Notes under the pieces: model-generated
Told to the model about the DNA's origin: nothing
Databases searched by the model: none
The model's input: the letters and a program-made list of their open reading frames with translations, nothing else
NCBI GenBank assembly: GCA_973895155.1
Contig: OZ316891.1
Span: 9,983,875 to 10,047,874 of the forward strand
Source of the DNA: Marsupella aquatica
Lineage: Eukaryota; Plantae; Marchantiophyta
Direction: 5' to 3'
Length of the DNA stretch: 64,000 bases
Shown here: positions 1 to 12,143 of the stretch, piece by piece
Layout of the letters: every line of letters starts with the position of its first letter
How positions within the stretch are numbered: position 1 is the stretch's first letter
Program-made: the position numbers and the translations under genes

Positions 1-425
1 GAGAATCTCCTCTCTCTCTCTCTCGTCTCTCGTCTCTCCTCTAGCCTCTCCTCTCCTCTCCTCGCCACTCTGTGCGGCGTTTGAGAGATCGAGTCGTCGT
101 CGTCGTAGAGCAAGATCTCGTGGGGCTCATGTCATTTCTTCTGACTTGCTCGCTCGTCCTTCAGTACTTCGCCTGATCCCCTCTCTCTCCTCTCTCTGCG
201 GCCGTCGAGCGATCGAGTCGTCGTCGAGCAGAGACCTCGTGGTTTCATTTTATTGTTCTGCTCGAAAGCACCACCGACTGACGACTGAGTGGCCTAGGCT
301 AGGCTACGCTTGGCTAGGCTCGACTGGACTGGACTGGACTGGAGTAGACTATAGTAGAGTAGGGTAGAGTAGAGGAGAGAGAAGTGCGCGCGGATCGGAG
401 GTTGTGCGACGACGACGACGACGGA
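1..425. repeat. CT-rich / simple-repeat promoter-5'UTR region with a diverged ~120-bp duplication
   Basis: (CT)n, (GAC)n, (GGACT)n and (GGCTA)n microsatellites. The motif GATCGAGTCGTCGTCG..AGCA.GA..TCGTGG occurs twice (~87-123 and ~211-242), upstream of the TPT gene. Confidence 0.6.
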
Positions 426-1403
426 GTTTGAACAGAAGTAGTTTCTCCTCCCGCGAAGAAGGGTCGTCTGCCGCGGTCGCTTGTACGTGAGTTGCCGGAG
501 ATCGCTGTGGTTTGGTGTAGATCGATCGGTTGGAGGAGGGAGGACGAGGAGGAGAACAGGTAGATCGATCTACGAGTTGGTCTGTGAAAGGAGCGAAATT
601 GGAGGATCCGTCGATTGATTGCTGTTCGTGTTATTCGTCGCGCTGAGTACTGGAGTTCGAGCTGTGCGTATCTGGTCATTCTTTTTGAAAAGAGAGACGT
701 TGACGGACGGAGGGAGAGGTTCGGCGATCGACTAGTGGGCCGGGCCGAAATAGCAGATCTGGATTGCGTCGTGGAGAGGGCTTGCGAGCAGGGGCCTGTG
801 CTGGCGTTGACGGAGTTTCCAATCAGGTGAGGGGCGATTTCCGCAAATGCAGTCCTTTGTAGTTAGGGGTTTCGTGCTGGCTAGCAGCTTGCTCTTTGCC
901 TATGTATGAAGGGGTTCAATTTGTCGCCAAGGCACGAAAGGCCTTTTTGGACCTGTGATTTCGATGAGTTACAGTTAATTGTATTTGCACTCCTCTACCG
1001 TTTCGTCTCGTTTGTTACCTACCCTCAACTTGGACCGCCTTAACATCTTCTTCTGTTCGATTGGGGAGAACCTGTTATCAAAGAGGTATCTTTCCTGCCT
1101 GCCACTTCTTCATCCGCTGATGTGGGCACACGTCTTGCTCGTCATGGGCAAATGTGTTGCAGGACTTGACAAAGATGAGCGCTGGCGCTTCAAATTGGTG
1201 GCTTTGAAGCCATATCTAGAGAGTTGCAAATCTGATCTGGGGCTAGTGATCGAACTCGCCTTCTTGATCCGCCTCGTCTGATCTTTAGGGGAGGCATTGC
1301 GCACGATACAGAGCAGTGGGTTTTGAGAGGGAAACAGGACCTTATTATTGAGTGAGTGGACTTATTCGAAAGGGGCCCGAGGTTTGTCGGTGAGGGAGCC
1401 AAC

Positions 1404-2462
1404 ATGGGCAAAGGAGATGCATCGAACGGAGCTCTGTACAAGAAGATCTTTGTGAGCTACCTATACGTTTCAATATGGCTTTTCCTCAGCTTTTCGGTCA
1501 TCATTTTCAACAAGTACATTTTGGACAGGAAGATGTACAACTGGCCCTTCCCTATCAGTCTAACGATGATTCACATGGGCTTCTGTTCTTCCCTCGCGTT
1601 TCTTCTCGTCCGCGTTTTCAAGCTGGTTGAGCCCATCGGGATGACACGGGAGATTTTCATGTCGAGTGTCGTACCCATCGGAGCTCTGTACTCTGTCAGC
1701 CTTTGGTTGTCCAATTCTGCGTACATTTATCTATCGGTGTCTTTCATTCAGATGTTAAAAGCTCTTATGCCGGTTGCCGTCTACTCCACCGGTATCCTGT
1801 TCAAGAAGGAATCCTTCAAGTCGCAGACCATGGCGAATATGATCTGCATCTCCGTGGGAGTGGGAATTGCAGCTTACGGGGAAGCAAAGTTCAATGGATG
1901 GGGTGTGTTTCTTCAGCTTGGGGCCGTGGTATTTGAGGCGACCCGATTGGTTCTCATTCAAATTCTTCTCACGTCCAAGGGAATCTCACTCAATCCCATC
2001 ACTTCCCTCTACTACATAGCTCCCTGCTGCTTTGTTTTCCTATCCATTCCGTGGATTCTGGTTGAGTACCCCATCCTCAAAGCGGCAACTTCTTTCCAAG
2101 TGGACTATCTCGTCTTCGGTGCCAACTCAGTTTGTGCTTTTGCTCTAAATCTGGCCGTGTTCCTGCTCGTGGGAAAGACTTCTGCTTTGACAATGAATGT
2201 CGCAGGGGTAGTGAAGGATTGGCTCCTGATTGCATTCTCGTGGTCGGTTATCATGGATCGCGTTACGACGATCAACCTTGTGGGTTACGGCGTGGCTTTC
2301 TTGGCTGTTTGTTTCTACAACCATTCTAAGCTGCAGGGCTTGAAAGCGAAGGAAGCTCAGAAGAAGGTTTCTGAGTCTGACGAAGAAGTTGGACTTCTGG
2401 AAACGAAATTGGAAAGAGAAGACGAAACTGCATTGGGCAGGAAATCGGATGAGCAGGCTTAG
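1404..2462 (+). CDS. Triose-phosphate-translocator-family nucleotide-sugar / sugar-phosphate transporter (At5g25400-like), single coding exon, 352 aa
   Basis: ATG in AAC-ATG-G context at 1404. Motifs [84 protein letters not shown] and about 10 hydrophobic segments. Probable 5'UTR intron (donor CAG|GTGAGG near 827). Confidence 0.95.
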   Translation: MGKGDASNGALYKKIFVSYLYVSIWLFLSFSVIIFNKYILDRKMYNWPFPISLTMIHMGFCSSLAFLLVRVFKLVEPIGMTREIFMSSVVPIGALYSVSLWLSNSAYIYLSVSFIQMLKALMPVAVYSTGILFKKESFKSQTMANMICISVGVGIAAYGEAKFNGWGVFLQLGAVVFEATRLVLIQILLTSKGISLNPITSLYYIAPCCFVFLSIPWILVEYPILKAATSFQVDYLVFGANSVCAFALNLAVFLLVGKTSALTMNVAGVVKDWLLIAFSWSVIMDRVTTINLVGYGVAFLAVCFYNHSKLQGLKAKEAQKKVSESDEEVGLLETKLEREDETALGRKSDEQA

Positions 2463-3985
2463 ATTTGTCAATATAATATTTATGCTTCTTTCCTCGGTTG
2501 AGACCTCCTATTTAAAGCTTGCACGAAGCCCACCTCTCCACTCGCCCTCCAGCTAGTTCATTTAATGATTGACCGGGATCGATCAGTCGTTCCAGGGACG
2601 TCATGCTCACAAGAAAGTTATGACAGGAGGAGCAGCGAGTTATTTGTTCCAACCGGCAAAGCTTTCTGTTCTGAGGGTGAGTATTGCCGTGCTATCGGTA
2701 CGCTTGGATTACATTCCATCATTGATAGACGATGACTTAGCGGTACAGTGATACTTTTCTCGCAACTTACTCAATGCTACCTTTCATGACTTCCAAGGCA
2801 GAGTCTGCCAAAACATTTCTTCGCTGAGGTCAGCTTTTCCCCGCAGCTCTTTAAAATCAGCTGGACGGATGGTTCTAATCTTAAATTGCCATGTAGAGAC
2901 GTTTTGAAAAACAATGAAGCATTCCCAGTACGGAACTTACTGAAGGCACATTGTACGATTAAAATTCAGCATTGCAAAGGTTGTTAGCAGATGTTCAGTG
3001 TGATGTTATCATATTCACGGAGATGTTATGATCGTAAGTCCCTATGCATTTACCGCTCGATTTGTGCGTATGTTGAGTTGCCAATGCAGAAGGATTTGGA
3101 ATTCTGTGCATTGTTCGCTAGAAAGTTCACAGAAGGTCGATTTCTCTGGCATGACGTAAGGTCAGCCATCCATGTTCAAGTTGGGTCTGGTCGTTCTGTG
3201 AGTTCTGTTCATCCAGGCTAATGATTGCAGCGAGTAATAGATGCGGTTCACAGATTTTAGGTTTTCTTCCTGACGACCTTCTTTCGTTAGAGACCCTAAG
3301 CCCTTGCCTCTAGTGGATTCCATAATCCTCTTAAAGATCTATAAAACATAGGTACCCACATATTGGTCCAGATCAAACTTAAGTAGGGATCCTCGAAAGG
3401 ATCACGCGGGAACATTACTTATGCTACCAAGCTTGTCTCCGTGCATCCTCACGATATCCTTGGAAAACCTTGCAGCTCGGAAGATGGCTGTGAGCAAGCT
3501 GGTTTCCTAGTGATCATGTTTTCATGCCCAGATTTTCATGTCTGCAGCTGGTTTCCTAGCATCTGAACATCTTAGTAGTGTCTGTGAGAAAAAAAGGACG
3601 AACATCTTAGCAGTGGCTGGCTGTGAAGGAAAAGATTGAACTGACGTAGTAGTGGCTCTGAAGAATCGTACAGGTGGCTGTGAAGGTAGTTGGCTCTGAA
3701 GAATCTTAGGAGTTGCTGCAAAGAAAAAGGATGAAAATCTCTTGTGTTGGATTTGAAACAATTCACGTGCATTCAAGATCTGGGTCATTGTGCGGGAGCT
3801 AAAGACTGCGACAGATCTGGGTCATTGTGTGCCAGCCAAGACAGCTACAGTGGGATCCAGTTTATAATGTTCTTTCATATCAGTCTCTTTGGGCCCTTAG
3901 CAACTCCTGAAGTAATGGTAAAAAGGGGTTCCAAATCTCCAATCCAAATCTCCACACTATCTGCATACCCCCTTACCTGGGAGCT

Positions 3986-4140
3986 AAGCTTGTGCGATCT
4001 TGCTTGTTGTTTGTGGGAACTGAAGCACTCGTGCAATCTTGTTTGTTGTTTGTGGTAACTAAAGCTTGTGCAATCTTGTTTGTTGTTTGTGGTAACTAAA
4101 GCTTGTGCGATCGCGCTCAACTAAGCTTGTGCAATCGTGC
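3986..4140. repeat. ~37-bp minisatellite, ~4 copies
   Basis: Unit AAGCTTGTGCAATCTTGTTTGTTGTTTGTGGTAACTA repeated in tandem. Confidence 0.85.
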
Positions 4141-5731
4141 TGGCGTTTTCACATCCAGACTTTATAGGGCTTCGCTGTGAATTGTCTCTTGTTTTTTCAG
4201 TTTCAAGGTTTGGGATTCAATTTCAAGGTTTGGGACCTCTTGGGCTAATATCCTTGGCCCTTGCCTCAAGGAGGAGATCCTCAATGTTGACATGCCGGGT
4301 GATCTCCTGAGGGCCTGAAACTCAAGGACTCTCACATGCAAGATGCCCCTAATGCCCATTTCAGATTTCTCTTTGTATTTTTAGGTGCATTCTTGGACAA
4401 TAATGGCCCTTTCTATATTTGGATCACCTCTTTAAGGAATATTCTATTGTACTTTGCATATGCACGATGACCCTAATACCCTTCTTGAGTTTTCACTTTG
4501 TATTTGTTGGTGCATTCTTGGAGAATTATGCCCCCTAATGTCCTTCTTGATTTTCACTTTGTATTTTTTGGTGCATTCTGAAGAATCATGCCCCCATCAA
4601 GATTTGGATCACCTCTTTAGTAAGATGATGGAAGTTATTATTTTATTTGTACAGCCCTCGTTTGCTCGGGAACATCATCTTGAAAAGTGTCATGTAGAGA
4701 AAATATCATGCACATCTAATTTGCTGACCTCATGCTGTCAAGTGCGTAGCTTGCTTGAAATTGAAAAGCTGTTGAAGCAGGGGAAATCCAGGCCAACTAA
4801 TTAATCTAAGCCAGTGTACATTCGGTCCCAGCTTGCACATGTCTCGATGAAGTTTCCATTGGTGTCAGATCTTACTTGTAGTTTCCTTCGAGGTAAGCGA
4901 TGTGCAGAACTGCTAGGACACGAGACAAAACGAAATTCCTTTGGGAACTGTCGAACTGCCCACCTCTTCAGCGTAATTTCCTTTTGGCTCAAATTAGCTA
5001 CTGTAGTTAAATAATTCACCAGCTACAAAATAGCGAGGGCTTTATTGGGGATCTTGTCAAAAGTGGATGGTCATTACATGACTGCTGAACATGCTGGCTT
5101 CTGGGACCTCCCCCCCACAATATTGAGGCCTTGTGTGATTAGGGGAGAGTAGAACCTCTATACTGCAATTTGCATTCTAAATCTACCATTCATGAATTAC
5201 TCCATAGAGTGAAACCATAGACTATAATTTCTCTGGTAACAGAAAAAATTGATATTGAGATTATAGTGTGAATGGGGAATTCCATGTGGAGTATGGGTAC
5301 CTTACCTGTGCACAGATATTCTGGCTACTTTGTACTGACAAATACAGAGTGGTCTGGAAGATGTTTGCCCACATACCTTTTAGGACAGATAAAAAGAGTC
5401 AAAGATTGGAAATGTTTTACCTATGGAGGTGGGCTAAAGTTCGAGACAAATTAACAATCCACATCAGCATTTACTGGAGTCCTTTGTTAGCTATATAGTA
5501 TGGGTAGACACCATACCCGAATAGACACCAGTTCTTGTAAAGTCAAGTGCAGGTTTTTCCACTCATTATATGGTCCAGATTTAATCTTGGAGGGGATAGA
5601 AGGAGCAATGAGCCTCAAGTTCTTGTAAAATAGCCCTAAACAAGGAGAAGTCTTGTAGAGACAACCAGGAAACGACAGGACAACCTGACTAAGCTAGCAA
5701 TGCAATCAATTCTTGTAAAGCAGTTGTAGCA

Positions 5732-7628
5732 AAAAAAATAAAATTAAAAAAAAATTAAAAAAAATATATATACACATACTTTATACAGAAAAAGGCCAAA
5801 TAGAGTACAAAAGAATAAACAAGAGAGGTCCCAAGTGGACAAAACCAAACGCAAAAGAAGTGAGCAAAAGGAAACCCTAAAAACCAAGAAAGAGGAACTA
5901 AAAGAAGTGAGCAAAAAGAAACCCCTAAAAACCAAGAAAGAGTAACTAAAACTACCGCAAATGGACCGAGGTCCTCATCATACCTAGCAAATGTGGCAAC
6001 AAGCTAGTGGTCTACATCAAGTGTCGAAACTAGATCGGCAAGTGGGACAGGAATGTCCTCTAGGGGGGCTAGCTGCTGCGGAGTCACACTAGCACCCACT
6101 GTCAGAGATCGACGATAGACGGCCCGAGCTTGAGCACGCTGTAAGGTGACTGAAATGCGTTGGCGAAAGTGCGTGGTCAAAACAGATAGCGGGGGCCCGG
6201 TGGGACCCATCCGGCCGTGAACATCCCGAGCAGCTTGGTGAAGAAGCCCGTCGAACTGATGATGGAGACGCCCAAATATCTCAAGAGCAAGGGGCAAGAA
6301 GCTATCAGATGAAGCTCGTGCAACATATTTGGCCTCCTTCGTTGTTGCTGCTCGTGATGCTGCTGCCCCTGCCGTTGTTGCCGCTGTCCCAATGATGTCT
6401 TGGCGCAATGGGTTTGCCACCACTACATCTGCCAAAGTACGGTGACCGTCACGGACCATGGTAAGATCCACCCGTAACCGCTGTGATGGAGGTCCAGGTA
6501 ACTCGAGCACCACCTCCCGCCGCGCGCAGACCAAAGAGCCAGAGAGAACCTGAGCAGTCGCATCTCTCACAACGTCGTGAACAAAAATGGTTTCGCCGCC
6601 CAAACTGCATCGAAGAAGATGGACACCTGTGGCATCACAAGGCTTCCCACAACTGCAAGTAGGAGGTAAACCAGCAAGAAGTGGGTGGGGCAAGCCCATA
6701 CGAAGACGCATGGCTGTCGCAAACTCCGCTGAAGACATCCACAGGTGAGGAATGACTGGATCCCCCCGGAAGAAAGAATCCAAGCTCGGTCCGTGTTAGG
6801 TGCCTCGGTGAGGATGCTGGAAAGGGTGAAAGCGTGCATACGCCCAGCAAGGTCTGCCTGAAGACGGACGGGGTCCAAGGATAAAAACTCCTGGAATGAA
6901 GGTAACGCAGCTCGAACAGGATCGGGTAATGATGACCGCGCCGTGCGCAAATGAACCTGAAATGGGAGGGAACCCTCCTCGACCTCCATGAGGGATGAAA
7001 GTAAAAAAGGTCGATCCTCAGTAAGGAAACGATCAGCCAACAATGAGAAGGCGGCCGCCCACGCGCCCAAGAAGGCCAAAGGTGCAAGGCGCTCAGTGGA
7101 AGTAAGCCCAAAACCACCGTGAGAAATAGGAAGACTGAGTTGTCGATGAAGCCACGGAGATGAGAGTAAAGTACCTGGCCCTAAAAGAGAGGCCAAAGTC
7201 TCACGAATGGAGACATCAAACGCTCGGAGGTGTAGATAAAGATCCTCGGTAGGGGGATGTGTCCGAGCCAAATAGGACGCATGAGGGTGGATGCATCTCA
7301 ACAACAACCCAAATGCCGCCTGAGAGTCTGCTAACTTAGGGAGCATAGGAGTAGGGGCTAAGGCAGCCTGGAGAGCGTCAGCAATGAAAGATGAGCAAAA
7401 GGAGGCGGTACCGACTGGGGAGCCAAGGACCCGAAGACCGTCGGTAGGACGTAAGAACCCAGGGGGAAGCGCAAGATCAGAGGGTAACCCAGCTGGACTC
7501 CATGCACGACTCTTCACCGGCTGAACTCGTAAACCGAGGCCCAACAAATGGGTGGAAAGGGTGGCGAGGGCAGAAGTAACACCAACAGGTGGACCAATGA
7601 TGTGAGTGTCATCTGAAAGGGAGGTGGA
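5732..7628 (-). mobile_element. 5'-truncated CRE-like non-LTR retrotransposon (RT C-terminus + CCHC zinc knuckle + restriction-like endonuclease)
   Basis: RT motif ..SDDTHIIGP..LGLRVQPVKS..GLRVLGSPVG, then LSLPISHGGFGL, CSCG..C..HLLRC, HDVVRD, RVDL..LADVVV and KEAKY..FLPLALEIFG. Frameshift/deletion near 6770. TSD GTAGCA at 5726-5731 and 7629-7634. Confidence 0.85.
6004..7620 (-). pseudogene. Frameshifted RT-RLE ORF of the CRE-like element
   Basis: ORFs 6567-7802 and 6004-6783 overlap in different frames and together give the RT thumb, zinc knuckle and PD-(D/E)xK-type nuclease. Confidence 0.85.
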
Positions 7629-9125
7629 GTAGCAGTTTCCACAAAGTATACCGCCATAGTTGATCTTAGAGAGGATGAAAAGAAGCAATGGGGCCCCCAC
7701 CTCTTGTAACAAGGAGAAGTCTTGTAGAAATAAATAGGAAAGGGCAGGCAACCAGACTAAGCTGGCAAAAAATAAGATGAATTTTTGTAATGCCATCTGC
7801 ATTTCTACTCATTATACATCCAGATTTAGTCGTAGAGTAGATCGAAGAATGCTTCTTGTAAAGCCACCCTTAAAAAAAGGAGAAGTCATTTAGTAGATAG
7901 GACAACAAGACAAAGCAGGCAAAAAAGGGAAACGACGAAGCTGGCAGCCAGTCAACTACAGCACACTAGCAAAAGACATGACCTGCCAGGACTCTGGAGT
8001 CTGGACCCTAGATGCTCGCTTTTGGAATAATATTTTGTAGCGTACATTTGGCAGTAGGAACAAGGTGGAACACAAATTCAGCGTGTATTTTAGTGGAGCT
8101 AAATTCCACCTATCTAACTGAAAATGATTAGCCACTGCTGACAAAATTCACCATCGTTTTTGTCTTGGATTAGCTACCCACCTAGCCACATACTCAACAC
8201 CTAGAATCTAAGGGTTGTTCTTAAATCTAGGGAGATCCAACAATCCTAAACTAGTCTAGTAAAGTCTGCAATCAAATATTCTTAGCATCTTCTCCTCCAC
8301 CCAAGGACACATTAGCCACCTTGGGCAAAACGAAACATCAAAAATTGTCCTGCTCTGGACCCTAAATCAGCCTACTCAATGAGTGCAAAGTTTTTGCCAA
8401 ATTCCACCCCACTAGGAATATTCGCCACTTTTGGCAAAAGTTAACCACTTTCCCAATCACTTTAACCGCAGGCACCACTAGCCAGAATTTGACCATTATC
8501 CTTCAATCTCGGAAGATCTAACGCTAAGAAATAAGTATAAAAAAATTACAATAGATAAGTAATATTTTGTCACACACAGCCACATTGGCCACCCTGACGA
8601 AAAAGAAAATACATTAAATATTACCCTCCTCTGGAGTCTGGACCCTACATGCTCCTTGGGAATAATATTTCGAAACGTAGATTCGCAGTCAGGGGAATAT
8701 GGTGGAGTAATGAATGAAGGAGAGACAGCCAATCATGCCATCCAACGCCGTGGCGTAATATTCATTAGCATACCGACGCAATCATGCGATCCAACGCTGT
8801 AGCGTGATATTCATTGGCACAACCGACGCAACCATGCATCCATCCGTCCATCCAGGCTCGTACAAGTGTACCCGGGGCGTACTGTACCGGGACCGCGCTG
8901 TCGTAGGCCGACCGTATCGGGTGAGGAGCCGTTCTGTTCCGTTGGCAGTTTCTCCCGGTTATAAACGACCGGGCAGTTAGGATACAGTCCAGTTATTACC
9001 TTTTCGGGTGAGTTTCTATGCTTAGAACCTGCCCTCTGCTCGCTGCCCGCTGCCCGTTGGGTTTTTTTGTTTTTTCCCCAACTTGTTTGTTTTTCTTTCC
9101 GACAACGACAAACTTGAGACATATA

Positions 9126-10127
9126 AGTGATGGTCCCTAATTTGGAAAGAGTTGCTTCATGGACCCATTCGGTTTTGGGTCCATCATTAATTTAAGGTTT
9201 ACTACTTTCAAGTACTAAATATTGGACAATAGTGCTGCATGTTTTTGGTATTTACAAGTGTGCCACTATTTTTTTTTCTTGAAAGGAACATTTCACTCAT
9301 AAGAAATGTAAATCCCAATAAAACCGGGAGTAAAAGGCCAGACCACAACAAGATCGGAGACCAACAACCACTCAAAGACCAAACAAGTTCAGCCACGAGG
9401 GAAAAGGTAAAGGAAGGAGCATTGAAATGTAACCAGCCGTCACACCCCAAAGACACTCGAAAATGAGACCAGCAAATCCGAGGGCCAACTCAACCAAAGC
9501 ACAGGAAGAGATCAAGCCAAAAGACCAAGATCTGAACTACTGAGCTTGGATGAAATCCACAGGAGGATAATCCATTCGCCAAGACCACTAACACTAACTA
9601 CAATACTCCGCTCACAGCAAAACGAGAATGAGCTAGAGCATAAGACCAATCAACAGATCAAGGTGGATAAAAAAACCGATTGGTCAGAGGTCAACACTAT
9701 CATATCATCCTGCAGACTAAGCAATCTTCCAAGCTGACCAAAGTCTTGAATCATCCTCCCCACCAACTCCCATCGCCCACCATATCTCTCCACTGCCAAA
9801 CCTTGTTTCCATGCAATACGAATACACAAACAGAACTCAAGCCAAATCCTATGCTGAATCCCCACATGTGAGATACTTATTTTCCCTTTCTCCAATGAAC
9901 ATCTCGCTTTTCACAATTGTGTGCCACTATTTTGTATATGGACTACAAGTTCACTAACATAGCGAGGAAAACCTTATACAAAAAGTGTGACATATTTATA
10001 AATACAAAAAAACTAGTGATATAATTGTATATTTGAATATCTTTAGTGGCAGTGTACTTAAAATCTGTTAAGGTTTATCACTCATGGGTCCATCAAATCT
10101 AATTTTTTCATTTTGGGGTCCATCAAG
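9126..10127. mobile_element. Probable Tc1/mariner-type MITE (diverged ~45-bp TIRs, TA flanks)
   Basis: Left TA|AGTGATGGTCCCTAATTTGGAAA..CATGGACCCAT versus reverse complement of the right end TA|CTTGATGGACCCCAAAATGAAAAA..GATGGACCCAT. Confidence 0.5.
9273..9918 (-). mobile_element. 5'-truncated LINE 3' fragment with poly(A) tail inserted in the MITE
   Basis: 15-bp TSD GTGTGCCACTATTTT at 9258-9272 and 9919-9933. The T run at the left end is poly(A) on the minus strand. Degenerate Trp/Arg-rich coding remnant. Confidence 0.7.
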
Positions 10128-12143
10128 TATAAATACTCAAAGAACTTGTTGGGCAGGGAGAAAAATTCTGAAGGGGCAGATTTTTTTGAAAGTGATTTGA
10201 AAGGCTTAATTACATGATTTGCTTACTGTAGGGGAGGCCTCTTGGGCCTTTTCATTTGTTTTCTTTCCTTTATTGTGTCTCATCCCTAAAGTGCCCTTTT
10301 ATTTGTTGGCAATGCATCAGAGCTTAAACATGCGCTTTCTAGCCTAGAATTTGTTTGAGTTCCATCTGGATTGCTCTGTCAAGTGTTTGTTTTAAGGAGT
10401 TTCCCAGTATCCCAAGCCTCATCAGCCTATTAGTTTTTGCAAGGAGGACTGGGGACCTTATGAAACCATCTGCCAGAGGGGGGCGGTGATCTTTTCTCCA
10501 CCCAAGGTCTGATTTTTGGCAAGCAAGAGTTCTAGTTGATAACGACCAGGTAAAAATAGGAAACTTTGTGATAGTCAAATAGGATAGTCTGGGGTCAGAA
10601 TTTGGCAAATTTCTCAATAAAAAAACAATTCAGAAAGAAGGAGATTGGCGAGTGAGGGTGGGGCCCAGTGGGACAGGGTGGCGCCCTGGCTCCCTCAATG
10701 GTTAGAATATCTAGCAAGCTGGCAGAGGGTCAACTATGCTGTTTGGCAATTTTTTTTGCATAATTTCCCCATAAATCCACTCAGGAAAAGGTTTACTCTA
10801 GTAATTTGAGGTCAGAGTCTGGCAAAGTTTTTGACAAGTAAAAATGAACGCTACCTCTGTTGCACAATAATGGATACTTTCAGATTGCAAGAATCAACCG
10901 TACCTCAAAAAGTATCTTTAGACACGAACATACCTGACAGGCATGGCAAAACCCATCGTGTGATCTTGAGTGCAAGTTCCAAGTCCTACATTCCTCATGG
11001 ACGAAGTGCCCAGTTTAATATGTAAAAGAGAGCCAAAAAGTTGTGTGCAGCTTGCTTACATGTTACAATATTCTTGCATGACATTGTGTACTCCAGGTTC
11101 TTAACACGTTTACAACTTGCTTTCGACATGGATGATATTATAATGCTGCCAAAATATCAGACCAAAAAGAAATTGTTGGCGCGTTATCTGCCAATCGTGT
11201 ACTATACATGCCAATCGTGTACTGTACATGCATCAATTTTTTACTTTCCTGCTTGGTTGACGCAGTAGTCCAGCTGTAAATGAGCAATTTGGTGTCTGGA
11301 CGTCCAAAAACATTGTCTGCTCCAGGTCTTGATTAAAATCTCAGAGAATTAATAATTCAGACGTTTTAGTTGGTCAAACAAAGTTTTTGAGAATGACTGA
11401 GCGTAGAAGTCTCCCCTGCTGCATGAAATCCTAAGGCTTGAGATCAAAGACACCATGCATCCATTGTTTAATACCATCCCCGACACTCTTCACAACCAGC
11501 AAAACTAGGAAGGGGAGATGTCTTATTCTGGTTTTAGATAACAGCATCGCCATTGTTAGGAAACCTTCGTTGAGGTTAGCTCATTCTATTGATTGATAAA
11601 TTCACAATCATTGTCACTTGGGGGTAATTTATGGCTCCTCTTGGGACACCACATGGTGGGTTCTATTGACAAGAATAAAGACAATTTTTTGTTGTTGCAT
11701 TTGGTAGTCTACGATGGCCTCCTTGCTAAGCGGTACTGGAACTTGACACTAATTGCAACCACGAGGTCAATGTATCTAGGTGACCGACAACTAAAGACAA
11801 GCAGATCTGGGATCTTTGATCGAGAGGTCATACTGCCCTCCCAGGTCTGAGAAGGGAGACCGAACAGAGACTACAAGATGTCAAGTTGCACGACTCATCA
11901 CCGCCTTGTCAAAAACAAATTGGTGACGACGGCACGTAATTCAAGGACCACGCACCTACCACAACTATCATAACCAATGCCCTTCCGGACTACTTTGGCG
12001 GCAAATATATTCTCAACTTCAACTTTCAGCACATGGATACGAAGAGCCCCAAAGCCTGTCTCCATTTCGAGGCACTAAAATACAAATTATGTACTCGAAA
12101 CCAGAAGTCCTCATAGAAGGGATTGCCTCCTAGCCGCTGAAAG

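Larger units (their letters stand above)
5531..7925. repeat. Degenerate ~160-190-bp tandem repeat interrupted by the non-LTR element
   Basis: The blocks TTCTTGTAAA..., CTCATTATA..TCCAGATTTA, AAGGAGAAGTCTTGTAGA and CAACC.GACTAAGCT.GCAA recur at 5531-5730 and again at 7629-7925. Confidence 0.65.

Noticed and set aside
1356-1403. GTG-initiated N-terminal extension of the TPT ORF
   Set aside because: Artefact of alternative start codons in the ORF track; the ATG at 1404 fits the family N-terminus.
7629-7802. Hydrophobic N-terminus of the 411-aa ORF as a signal or membrane segment fused to RT
   Set aside because: It lies outside the TSD-defined element and is chance read-through into the flanking repeat.
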